Positions 18,101 to 25,170 of a DNA stretch of 44,878 nucleotides are shown piece after piece. Origin of the DNA: Clostridia bacterium (lineage in GTDB: Bacteria; Bacillota; Clostridia; Christensenellales; CAG-138); contig JAPXSN010000003.1 in the NCBI GenBank assembly GCA_033813015.1, positions 1 through 44,878 of the forward strand, given 5' to 3'. The stretch's first letter is position 1. Each line of letters starts with the position of its first letter. Below the pieces are notes generated by a model. That model did no database searches. It was given only the letters and a program-made list of their open reading frames with translations, and was not told where the DNA came from. The position numbers were made by a program, and so were the translations under genes.

Positions 18101-20429
18101 AGCCGTTGGGGATTATGGGCGAGCCCGCCACGCCCGTGGGCATGCTCGTCACATCCGTGACGCTGTAGCCGAGCATTTCGGTCTTCTCGGCGGTGCCGTC
18201 GCGGGTGACCCAGTATTCGACCGTGTAGAACTTCTTTTCAATGTCCTCGCACTTGACGAAGCGGCCTTCAACGGTGATGGTGCGGTAGATCTTGGTGATG
18301 AATATGCCGCTCACGGGATCGTACACCTCGGGCTGGCTCGTCACCACGACGTAGCTCGCGTTCCAGTTGAAAGCGGACACCGGGCTGCCGCCGATTTTCC
18401 AGCCGCTGAAGTCGTAGCCGTTCTTCGTCGCGTCTGCGGCGAGGGTCGGCGCGCTCTCAACGTTGGCAACATCGTTGGGCCAGGTGGTCGCGATGTCCTT
18501 ATCGCCTGTGTAATTCACGCTGTAGAAGGTCTTTGCGCAGACCTGCTTGGTCAGCGTGCCCGTGAGCGTAATCTTATAGTAATTCTTGATGACGTTGGGC
18601 GCGCCCACGCCGCCGGGCACGGTCACGGTCCGGTCGAAGTCGTAGTTCCCGAAGGCGAGCGCGGTGAGCTTGACCGTCGTGCCCTGCTTGAACCAGCCCG
18701 CGAAGGTATAGCCGTCCTGCGAAATGCCGGCGTTGACCGTTGTGGGCATCGGGGTGGCCTCGACGTAGGCGTTGACGATCTCGCCCGCATCGGCATAGTC
18801 GCCGTCGAGATTGAGGTCGATCTTGTAGGTGACGGAGAAGTACTTCTCGACGACGTCCTCGCACTTGGTGAAAGTGCCGTTGACCGTGATAGTCTTGTGC
18901 GTCAAGGTGACGAACTTCTTGAGCCCCGCGTCGTAATACTCGGGGTCGACCACGACGTTCACATAGCCCGCGCTCCAGTTGAGCGAGGCGGGGCTCCAGC
19001 CGTTGAAGGTGTAACCGTTCTTGGTCGCGTCGGCCGCGATGGAAGGCGCGCTCGAAGCATTGTAGACATTGCTCGGCCAGAAGGTCGCGCCCGCGCTTTC
19101 CCCGGTGTAGAGCACCGTATAATCGGTCTTCGCGCAGACCTGCTTGGTCAGCGTGCCCGTGAGCGTGATGGAATAGTAGTTCTTGATGATCTTCGCGGTG
19201 CCGGGGCCCGCGGGGATAGTCTGCGTGCGGCCGGCATCGAGGTCGTAGTTCCCGAAGGCGAGCGCGGTGAGCTTGACCGTCGTGCCCTGCTTGAACCAGC
19301 CCGCGAAGGTGTAGCCGTCCTGCGAAATGCCGGCGTTGACCGTCGTGGGCATGCTCGCAACGTCGACATGGGCGAGCGTCGTTTCACCCGCGTCGGCATA
19401 GTCGCCGTCGAGGTTGAGGTCGACCTTATAGGTGACGGAGTAATATTTTTCGATGATGTCCTGCAGCGCCGCGAACGAGCCGTGGACATTGGCGATGTAC
19501 TCGGTCGTGCGGATGTAGGAATCCGTGGCGGCGTCGTAGGTGATGACGGGCTCGGCCGCGCTCTTTGTGTAGTTTTCGGCAACGAGGGTCATCAGGTTCG
19601 CGCCGGCGCCGTTGAGCTTCCACCCGTCGAAGCTCGCGCCTACCTTGCTGGCAGTGCCGAGCGTTAGGACAGGAGCCGCCTGCTTATCGACGTCCGCCGG
19701 CCAGATTACGCCGGTCATGTCGGAGGGCTTACCTATATAATGGAGAGTATACACGCTGCGCTCGACGTAGGGCTTGGCCTCCCAGCGGGCATAGAACGTG
19801 TAGTTCTTGTCGACCTTGGACGGCCATGTGGTCACCTTCGTGTAGGTGGAGCCATCGTAGGTATACCAGCCGAGGAACACATAGGCCTGATCGGGGTCAG
19901 TCACCGGGATCGCCGGGAATGCACTCGAGGGCGAGTTTTTGAGATACGCGATGTCGGCATAGCCGAGCGTAGAGCTCGTCTTGCCGATCTGCCCGCCCTT
20001 GCCGTCCACGAGCACGGTCTTGAAGGTCACATCGTAGGTGACGCAGTCGGATTTCCACTGTGCCACGATGTGTATCGTGGGCCAGCTCTTGCTTGTGCTT
20101 GCGCGCGTGAGCGGTATGCTCACCGTCGAGCCCACGGCGGCGTTGCTCTTGAAGAGCGTGCCCGTCTTGCTGCCGACATACACGTTGAAGCCTGTGAACG
20201 TGTATCCGCTGCGCTCGGGCGCGGCCTGGAGCGTGTGATTGGCCGTACCGCTCGTGCCGTTGTTCATCGTTACGTCGTAAGTTTTGTAAGCGGTCTCCGA
20301 GGCGGTTTTGTAATAGTAAACCGTCGTCTCACTGCTCGTGCAGGCGAGCGCCGGGCTCGCCGCCGAGAGCACCATCGCCAGCGTCATGACGAGCGCCATG
20401 AGCCTGGCCAAGCCGATCCTCTTCATCAT
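15135..20429 (-). CDS. giant cell-wall-anchored repeat adhesin (Flg_new/InlB B-repeat type modules)
   Basis: 1764 aa. Signal peptide MMKRIGLARLMALVMTLAMVLSAASPALA. About 17 G-[YH]-x-F-x-G-W repeat cores by eye (e.g. DGYTFAGW, KGHTFGGW, DGHSFSGW), one per ~100 aa. Pro/Thr-rich stalk GGPDPTPDPSPTPTKPP, then TPQTGN plus TM plus RKKVR sorting signal. GAGGGGGA RBS. Confidence 0.9.
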   Translation of the reverse strand: MMKRIGLARLMALVMTLAMVLSAASPALACTSSETTVYYYKTASETAYKTYDVTMNNGTSGTANHTLQAAPERSGYTFTGFNVYVGSKTGTLFKSNAAVGSTVSIPLTRASTSKSWPTIHIVAQWKSDCVTYDVTFKTVLVDGKGGQIGKTSSTLGYADIAYLKNSPSSAFPAIPVTDPDQAYVFLGWYTYDGSTYTKVTTWPSKVDKNYTFYARWEAKPYVERSVYTLHYIGKPSDMTGVIWPADVDKQAAPVLTLGTASKVGASFDGWKLNGAGANLMTLVAENYTKSAAEPVITYDAATDSYIRTTEYIANVHGSFAALQDIIEKYYSVTYKVDLNLDGDYADAGETTLAHVDVASMPTTVNAGISQDGYTFAGWFKQGTTVKLTALAFGNYDLDAGRTQTIPAGPGTAKIIKNYYSITLTGTLTKQVCAKTDYTVLYTGESAGATFWPSNVYNASSAPSIAADATKNGYTFNGWSPASLNWSAGYVNVVVDPEYYDAGLKKFVTLTHKTITVNGTFTKCEDVVEKYFSVTYKIDLNLDGDYADAGEIVNAYVEATPMPTTVNAGISQDGYTFAGWFKQGTTVKLTALAFGNYDFDRTVTVPGGVGAPNVIKNYYKITLTGTLTKQVCAKTFYSVNYTGDKDIATTWPNDVANVESAPTLAADATKNGYDFSGWKIGGSPVSAFNWNASYVVVTSQPEVYDPVSGIFITKIYRTITVEGRFVKCEDIEKKFYTVEYWVTRDGTAEKTEMLGYSVTDVTSMPTGVAGSPIIPNGYSFGGWDQTPPLEQGDFSIISEGTVPSTQPGVGAVHTIRYKLAINGALSKNILSVEEYIVDYHVTNNTGATIGAYDAQQRGSTPLSAQALPTVPPGYSIKGWGVTLGQPDEFYGEGQMLPWGNSAATFEEKLEKRDGVWVFVQYSRYMLGASATVTENEHGQATEYSLSYGIAGGPYTDPTDGAILSASNMPANVVASPTMPALGGSPSMKGHTFGGWAQGGSAIGASADIVWTLSTRQDFDSAHNRTIDVTIYTAHLTGSFARNMGEEEALYNLSYSFANEPYQAPHGINLTINNRPADVTGAAAKPALAGAPSVQGHTFTGWKQSGSAVDDATLNWGSAAVSYRYDEAADRFIKVLTYSAAVVGDFTMNCGEETIYNLTYVIAGQPYKDLEGRNLTIGNPPANVSGSASKPSLAGNPTLDGHSFSGWTQNGAGVSDATLDWGTAGINYRYDDVGDRYITIRVYSAEVTGSFTMNDIVEKELWNLTYTGDKDLADPGTWPNDLADQTSEPALTTLTPAKLGYAFEGWKQNGAPAADIGWAAVLGYTLNSDNRFVKTTVYSATIEGRLVKKGCINEYVYIVDYTVHGGSSSYDHLDVNVTNPPSLPTIAPEPSEDGKLFGGWNPGSLDWDGTPAVEGETRFDETLDQWVTTYTKKIDVTGSFGKIEHVYIYELTFTGPAGAVLPDMKSGTSAQTIGDETASLDGHRFTGWSPASISGSDYAENGSRLEISPDGLIYTHYLEASTVAQFIPINEREHYTLHYAILGSVPGQPANPPDEEGASPISPSAVVSLDGYNFSGWSAPAWEKTGETSEIVDGVEIITTLYEGTAYGSFTGMEIVEEARYTLLYQGYVSGVTNWPGDVVDSLTPPELAGAPYLPGYIFKGWRPNTLDWSTAAVSVSTQIVTPTEGEPYILKTTTYTLAVTAKFVKEGGPDPTPDPSPTPTKPPLGTPQTGNTGLIIFVAAFALIAVIFTASLFIRKKVRAIEEED
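18245..19455 (-). repeat. internal tandem duplication (~600 nt / ~200 aa unit, 2 copies) inside the giant adhesin gene
   Basis: Units start EKYYSVTYKVDLNLDGDYADAGE... and EKYFSVTYKIDLNLDGDYADAGE.... The DNA core 18639-18749 vs 19242-19352 differs at only 2 positions over ~110 nt by eye (a 69-nt identical run); offset 603 nt. Boundaries are approximate. Confidence 0.85.
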
Positions 20430-20510
20430 CGTATTTTCCCCCTCGATGTATTTGCATCTGCGTTTGCGTCCGTTATGGGTATATATATCCGATCCTGCTG
20501 ACTCTGTGAT

Positions 20511-20548
20511 GAAATCATAACAACAGGGAGTTACAGCACAGTTACAAA
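20511..20548 (-). promoter_or_regulatory. candidate activator-dependent promoter of the giant adhesin gene
   Basis: Minus strand reads TTTGTAAC-TGTGCT-GTAACT-CCCTGTT-GTTATGATTTC, with the same spacing as 14841-14878 (GTAAC repeats 11 nt apart, 10 nt to the TATGAT -10 box). It would give a ~75-nt leader. Confidence 0.5.
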
Positions 20549-20725
20549 AGGCTGTTTCCGCCGCCTTTTTTCTATATTTTGTAAACTAATTTGGTTTATA
20601 CAGCATAAAGCGCGCAGCGCACGCCGAAAAGCCTCGCTTAACGCCGAAATGTCCGCGTCTGCCGCCGCAAAGGAGCGGAACTTTCGGCCAAAAACGCCTT
20701 ATTTCACGTGGGTTACACTTTATGC

Positions 20726-20755
20726 TTGACAATATTGTGTAATTGTAATTATAAT
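20726..20755 (+). promoter_or_regulatory. sigma-A type promoter of the riboswitch/transglutaminase transcript
   Basis: TTGACA (20726-20731), 18-nt AT-rich spacer, TATAAT (20750-20755). Confidence 0.65.
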
Positions 20756-20789
20756 GGTGCCGGAATCGAACATCCGCTCGGAAGATCCC

Positions 20790-20872
20790 GACGAACCGGC
20801 ACACCCGTCCAAAGGCGGGGTCGCAAAGCTAGAGGGCCTAAACGCGAAAGCGCATGGCAGCCAGTTGCCGAA
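20790..20872 (+). promoter_or_regulatory. GEMM-I (c-di-GMP-I class) riboswitch-like aptamer
   Basis: CGGCACA CCCGUC CAAA GGCGGG GUCGCAAAGCU AGAG GGCCUAAAC GCGAAAGCGC AUGGCAGCCAGUUGCCG. It matches, block by block, the conserved GGCAAAC / hairpin / ACGCAAAGC / GGCCUAAAC / GUUNCCG pattern of GEMM-I as I recall it from V. cholerae Vc2. CGGCA and UGCCG can close P1. Located in the 5' leader of the CDS at 20958. Boundaries are approximate. Confidence 0.75.
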
Positions 20873-20957
20873 ACGAGAGCTTTTTCTTCGTTTTCGGGGC
20901 ACTTGGGCGGCGCACGCTATCCCGGCGCACCGCCTCGCGAAAAGAAAGGATAAAAAC

Positions 20958-21860
20958 GTGAAAAAGCACTTCCGACACGGCGCGCTTGCCCTCGCGCTCC
21001 TTTTGGCGCTGAGCGCCCTTGCGTCCCCGGCAGCCGCCGCGGGGGGGTCTCTCGCCTCAAGTCTGCTCTCGCCGCCAAGCGGGAGCGTGGGCATAGACAC
21101 ATCAACGGCCTCGCTGGGCTACGTCGTCCTGTTCTACGACGACGGCACTTCCGCCTCGATGAAGGCGGGCTTGAGCTTCAACGGCGGGAGCTGGTCCTAC
21201 TACGAGTGCAAAATGGGCAAAACGCTTTCGCTCACGCTCACGGGCGGCAGCGGCAGCTATTGCGCGGCTCTGTTCAAAAAGGTCGGCGCGAGCTATGTGA
21301 CCGTAGCGCAGGAGAGCTTCACGGCGCTCGTCGACAGTTCCGTCGTGCCCGCCGCAAGCGCGGCCGCGTCGGCGTATCCGCAGTATCTCAGGAGCGTTTC
21401 TGAAATTTCTTTCACGACAAGCGGCTCGGTCGCCAAAAAAGCGGCCTCGCTGTGCAAGGATTTAAAGAGCGATCAGGCAAAGATACGCGCCATTTACAAC
21501 TACATCGCCAAATACTTCAAATACGATTACGACTTTGCAAACAAGGTCATCTCCGGTCAGATCACGACCTACACGCCGAGCCCCGCGGGCATCCTTTCCA
21601 ACAAGAAGGGCGTATGCTACGACTTCGCCTCCCTCTTCGCCGCCATGTGCCGCAGCCAGGGCATCCCGTGCAAGCTCGTCAAGGGCTACAGCACGAAGAT
21701 CAACGGCTACCACGCCTGGAACAGCGTTTACGATTCCAAGACCGAAAAATGGTATACCGTCGATTTGACGATGGCCGTCTGCAAGGGCAACAAAACGGCT
21801 TCCCGCTTCTCGCGCTGCTATATGAGCGACAGGTATTACACGCCTCACGAAAGCGTCTGA
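20958..21860 (+). CDS. secreted transglutaminase-like (papain-fold Cys-His-Asp) domain protein
   Basis: GTG start after AAAGGA gives the signal peptide VKKHFRHGALALALLLALSALASPAAAA; the upstream part of ORF 20754 is the riboswitch leader. Core motifs: KKGVCYDFASLFAAMCR (Cys), GYHAWNSV (His), WYTVD (Asp). Confidence 0.8.
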   Translation: MKKHFRHGALALALLLALSALASPAAAAGGSLASSLLSPPSGSVGIDTSTASLGYVVLFYDDGTSASMKAGLSFNGGSWSYYECKMGKTLSLTLTGGSGSYCAALFKKVGASYVTVAQESFTALVDSSVVPAASAAASAYPQYLRSVSEISFTTSGSVAKKAASLCKDLKSDQAKIRAIYNYIAKYFKYDYDFANKVISGQITTYTPSPAGILSNKKGVCYDFASLFAAMCRSQGIPCKLVKGYSTKINGYHAWNSVYDSKTEKWYTVDLTMAVCKGNKTASRFSRCYMSDRYYTPHESV

Positions 21861-21893
21861 GGCGCAAAGCGGCCTTCAAGAGCAATCCGCACC

Positions 21894-21930
21894 GGGCGCG
21901 CGGGGAAAGATTCCCTTCGCGCCCTTTTTT
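21894..21930 (+). terminator. rho-independent terminator
   Basis: GGGCGCG...CGCGCCC stem (with an inner GGG/CCC) followed by TTTTTT. Confidence 0.75.
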
Positions 21931-21963
21931 CTGTAATTTTTTGCCGCCTTTTTTCCGCGCGCA

Positions 21964-21992
21964 TTGCGAAGACGGGTTTGCGCGTGTATAAT
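21964..21992 (+). promoter_or_regulatory. sigma-A type promoter of the zinc-ribbon gene
   Basis: TTGCGA, 17-nt spacer, TATAAT (21987-21992). The leader contains ATTGAC ATTGACA (22023-22035) just before the GGAGG RBS. Confidence 0.5.
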
Positions 21993-22048
21993 AAAGCTGT
22001 GCATTCATATGCAGCCAATCATATTGACATTGACAGGAGGTTTTCACC

Positions 22049-22516
22049 ATGCCAACTTGCACCAGTTGTGGCCAGCAATTCGACGATGGCGTGCGCTTCT
22101 GCCCGGCCTGCGGCTCGCCCGCCCAAGAGCAGGCGCAGGCGAACGCCGACCAGGGAAGCTATCAGCAGACCTACCAGCAGCAAAGCTACCAGCAGCCTGT
22201 CTACCAGCAGCCGTCGGTTCAACCGGGCGCCGTCTTCACGGGCGACAAGACCATGGCAATACTCGCGGTGGTCTTCCCGATCCTGTTCTTCCTGCCCCTC
22301 GTCGCGGGCCCGAAGGACGAGTTCAACAAGTTCTGGGCGAATCAGGCACTGCTGCTGTTCCTTCTGGGCATCATTGCCAGCATCACTGCGGCCATTATCA
22401 TCGGCATCTTGATCGGCATCGCGGAGTTCGTGTTCTGGATCATCGCGCTCATAGCCGTCATCAAGGGCGAAATGAAGCCCCTGCCTCTTATCGGCGGTAT
22501 CAAGATCATCCAGTAA
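22049..22516 (+). CDS. zinc-ribbon domain membrane protein with Gln/Tyr-rich linker
   Basis: CTSCG...CPACG zinc ribbon, a YQQ-rich low-complexity linker, then about three TM helices. GGAGG RBS. Confidence 0.75.
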   Translation: MPTCTSCGQQFDDGVRFCPACGSPAQEQAQANADQGSYQQTYQQQSYQQPVYQQPSVQPGAVFTGDKTMAILAVVFPILFFLPLVAGPKDEFNKFWANQALLLFLLGIIASITAAIIIGILIGIAEFVFWIIALIAVIKGEMKPLPLIGGIKIIQ

Positions 22517-22650
22517 CCGACGATCGGCAATCAGCTTCGGCTCCGACGGCTTTCGCCATAACAGGCGGAGGCCGTTTTTTTAGCCGCGAATGGTTGCCGG
22601 TTGCCAATTCTCCCTCGCGCGTTTAGAATGGATTGACGGGAGGTGGAAGC

Positions 22651-23517
22651 TTGTACGGCATATTGGCTCTGTTCGCCGGCGTGCTGATCGCCGTGATGGT
22701 CGCGCTCAACGGAGGTCTTAGCGCGCAATACGGCGTGTATTCCTCAACGGCGATGATCCATTTCATCGGCCTCGCCGTCATCGCTGCGCTGTGCCTGGTG
22801 CGAAGGGAAAAGCTCTCCTACAAAAGCATCCCGCTTTATCTTTTTCTGGGGGGCGCGCTTGGCGTGCCGCTCACCGTGTGCAACAACGTTTCCTTCGCGC
22901 GCATCGGAGTTTCCTCCATGCTGGCGCTCGGCCTGCTCGCGCAGGGCGTCGCGGGCATATTCGTGGACCATTACGGCCTTTTCGGCATGCCCCGGCGCCG
23001 GTTCAACGCGAAGTCCCTCGTCGGCCTCGCGCTGACGCTCGCGGGCGTCCTCGCGATGACGGAGGCGTTCGATCCGCTCGCCGTGCTCGCCTCCCTGGCC
23101 GCGGGCGTCATATTGCTTGCGGCGCGCACGCTCAACGCGCGCCTTGCGCAGCGCACGAGCCTGTATGCGAGCACGTTTTATAACTACGTCGTCGGCCTCG
23201 CGGTGGCCCTTGCCGTCTGCCTGCTTTTCGGCCGAAGCGAGCCTATGTTCGCCTCCTTCGCGCTCTCGCCCAAAGCGTGGATCTACTTCGGCGGCCCGCT
23301 GGGCGTGTGCATCGTGCTGCTGCTCAACTACACGGTCGCAAAGGTTTCCGCGCTCAACATGTCGCTGTTACTGTTCATCGGGCAGGTGTTCGCGGGGCTA
23401 ACAATAGACGGGCTGCTGCTTGGCGCGTTTTCGCCGCGCCTAATCATAGGCGGCGTGCTGGTCGCCGCGGGCACGGCGGCGAATGTGGTGATGGAACGAA
23501 GGGCAACCGTCGATTGA
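22651..23517 (+). CDS. DMT-superfamily membrane protein (DUF606/YdcZ-like, duplicated)
   Basis: About 10 TM helices in two similar halves. TTG at 22651 follows GGGAGGTGG; the alternative TTG at 22633 has no RBS. The TGA stop lies in heptad element copy E. Confidence 0.7.
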   Translation: MYGILALFAGVLIAVMVALNGGLSAQYGVYSSTAMIHFIGLAVIAALCLVRREKLSYKSIPLYLFLGGALGVPLTVCNNVSFARIGVSSMLALGLLAQGVAGIFVDHYGLFGMPRRRFNAKSLVGLALTLAGVLAMTEAFDPLAVLASLAAGVILLAARTLNARLAQRTSLYASTFYNYVVGLAVALAVCLLFGRSEPMFASFALSPKAWIYFGGPLGVCIVLLLNYTVAKVSALNMSLLLFIGQVFAGLTIDGLLLGAFSPRLIIGGVLVAAGTAANVVMERRATVD

Positions 23518-23540
23518 CCATGGACAACGGACAATCGGGC
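23513..23540 (+). repeat. degenerate heptad-array element, copy E
   Basis: ATTGACC ATGGACA ACGGACA ATCGGGCGG, followed by the terminator hairpin. Confidence 0.55.
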
Positions 23541-23549
23541 GGAATGCAA

Positions 23550-23584
23550 ACGCCCTTCGCTTGAGCGGCGAAGGGGCGTTTTAT
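23550..23584 (+). terminator. rho-independent terminator
   Basis: ACGCCCTTCGC-TTGAGCG-GCGAAGGGGCGT followed by TTTTAT. Confidence 0.7.
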
Positions 23585-23777
23585 CTGTTGGGGAATGGAA
23601 GCGGGGACTTTTCCCATCCTCGGCGCAGGACGGGAGGCCTTTGAATCCTCTCTCCGCTTGTGGTACAATCCGTTTAGCTTTCGAAACATCCAAACAGGAT
23701 TGTTTCAGCGCGCCGCGCCCTTGGGATGCTCGGGGCGGCGAAGATATTCCCCAAGTAATAAGAAAAGAGGTAGTGTC

Positions 23778-24962
23778 ATGGATCAAAGACCGGTGATCGG
23801 AAAAGAGGAATTTGCCGACAGGCATCTGAAATTGCAAGCCCTGATGCAGGAAAAAGGGGTCGACCTGATGATTGCTTACTCGGACGACCGGCGGGTCTAC
23901 GGACAGGCGTATGCGAGGTGGCTGTTCGATTACCGACCGGCCTTTGAGCCCGCCTGCGTTTTGTTTCCCAGCAAGGGGCGCCCCGTGATCGCGACGGGCG
24001 CGGAATCCGACGTGTACGCGACGAGCTTCTCCCATTGTACCGAGGCCAAGGTGCTCAAGGAATTCCTCCATCCGGATGAGGAATACATTTCCACAAATAT
24101 CGTTGAGCTTTCGGAAGTATTGAAGGAGCTCAAAGCAGGCATCGGAAAAGAGATAGGCACCGTCGCCTGCACAAGCGTGGGCGATATGCCGCACAGCCTG
24201 TATGCCATGTTTTCCGAGCACTTCGATATGGAATCGGCGCAGCAGGCCGATCCATTGCTTACGCAGCTGAGAAAAATTAAAAGCGCCGACGAAATAAAGG
24301 TCATTCGGTACGCTTATCAGATTGCCGAAAAAGGCATGTCTAGCGCGCTCGACAGCTTGAAGGAAGGCGTCAGCGAGCGGGATGTTGCAACACAAGCCAG
24401 TTACGCCATGAGACAAATGGGCGCGGAGGGCACCGGAATCGAGCTGATGGTCTCTTTCGGCGCGGAAAACACACGCCCCATATTATCGAGGCCGACCGCG
24501 CGCAAGCTAAAAAAGGGCGATCTGGTCGTGATTACGCTCGCGCCGCGCTATGAGGGCTACCACGGGGCGATCGCGCGCTCGCATGTGTTCGGGCAGGAGC
24601 CGGGCGGGGAGATCGCTCAGGCGCTTGCCTATGCAAAGCGCGCGCTCGAGCAAACCGCGCTCACGCTCAAGCCGGGCAATCAGGGCCGCGAGGCCGACCG
24701 CGTCGCCAGAAGCATCATGGGCGAGGGCGGATTCGGCGAATATTTTGCGTATTCCGGCATCCACAGCGTGGGCGTCGTTGAGTTTGAGCCGCCTATCATG
24801 TCGTCCCGCACGGAGGATGTCATTCGGGAGAACATGGTTCTGTCTGTGGATATCCCCATTTTCGGAGCGTCTTGGGGCGGGCTTCGCATAGAGCATGGTT
24901 TTTTGATCGGCAAGGCGGGTGCGGAACCGCTCATGGCTATGGATCTTTTGGTGAGTCGGTAA
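23778..24962 (+). CDS. M24 family metallopeptidase (Xaa-Pro aminopeptidase/dipeptidase-like)
   Basis: Start at MDQRPVIGKEEF after AGAGG. Creatinase-like N-domain plus pita-bread fold (GDLVVITLAPRYEGYHGAIARS, GIHSVG, VLSVD, GLRIEH). Confidence 0.85.
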   Translation: MDQRPVIGKEEFADRHLKLQALMQEKGVDLMIAYSDDRRVYGQAYARWLFDYRPAFEPACVLFPSKGRPVIATGAESDVYATSFSHCTEAKVLKEFLHPDEEYISTNIVELSEVLKELKAGIGKEIGTVACTSVGDMPHSLYAMFSEHFDMESAQQADPLLTQLRKIKSADEIKVIRYAYQIAEKGMSSALDSLKEGVSERDVATQASYAMRQMGAEGTGIELMVSFGAENTRPILSRPTARKLKKGDLVVITLAPRYEGYHGAIARSHVFGQEPGGEIAQALAYAKRALEQTALTLKPGNQGREADRVARSIMGEGGFGEYFAYSGIHSVGVVEFEPPIMSSRTEDVIRENMVLSVDIPIFGASWGGLRIEHGFLIGKAGAEPLMAMDLLVSR

Positions 24963-25003
24963 GGGTGGGATTTCGGGCGCGACGCGCCGCAAATTTAATT
25001 CGT

Positions 25004-25036
25004 TAAAAAAAGCATCGCGCAAGCGATGCTTTTTTC
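25004..25036. terminator. bidirectional rho-independent terminator
   Basis: AAAAAA-AGCATCGC-GCAA-GCGATGCT-TTTTT. Serves the peptidase gene (+) and tRNA-Arg (-). Confidence 0.8.
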
Positions 25037-25037
25037 C

Positions 25038-25113
25038 TGGCGCGCCCAGCAGGATTTGAACCTGCGACCTACCGGTTCGTAGCCGGGCACTCTATCCGCT
25101 GAGCTATGGGCGC
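25038..25113 (-). tRNA. tRNA-Arg (anticodon ACG), CCA encoded
   Basis: Reverse complement folds by hand as GCGCCCA-TA-GCTC-AGCGGATA-GAGT-G-CCCGG-CTACGAA-CCGGT-AGGTC-GCAGG-TTCAAAT-CCTGC-TGGGCGC-G-CCA (76 nt). Closely resembles E. coli tRNA-Arg(ACG). Confidence 0.9.
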
Positions 25114-25141
25114 ACGCGTCTTTTTTTGAAGACGCTTTGTT

Positions 25142-25170
25142 ATTTTAGCGCAACTTCAACCCAATGTCAA
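25142..25170 (-). promoter_or_regulatory. sigma-A type promoter for tRNA-Arg
   Basis: Minus strand: TTGACA (25170-25165), 17-nt spacer, TAAAAT (25147-25142). The -35 box overlaps the stop codon of the upstream kinase gene. Confidence 0.6.

Noticed and set aside
20340-20429. A lipoprotein lipobox in the giant adhesin signal peptide (…SPALA-C-TSS).
   Set aside because: A-L-A-C does not fit the [LVI][ASTVI][GAS]C pattern well (Ala at -3, Leu at -2). Cleavage by signal peptidase I after ALA is the simpler reading, and the protein already has a C-terminal sortase signal.
20430-20510. A c-di-GMP-II (or second GEMM-I) riboswitch in the leaders of the two adhesin genes, by analogy with C. difficile.
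   Set aside because: The predicted leaders are only ~75 nt. I could not find the conserved ACGCAAAGC/GGCCUAAAC blocks (class I) or the GCAACCGACC-type pseudoknot block (class II) in them.
22133-22215. The repetitive TACCAGCAG (YQQ) tract in the zinc-ribbon gene, as a possible phase-variable simple-sequence repeat.
   Set aside because: The units are imperfect and in frame, coding for a Gln/Tyr-rich low-complexity linker. There is no homopolymer or perfect microsatellite that would shift the frame.
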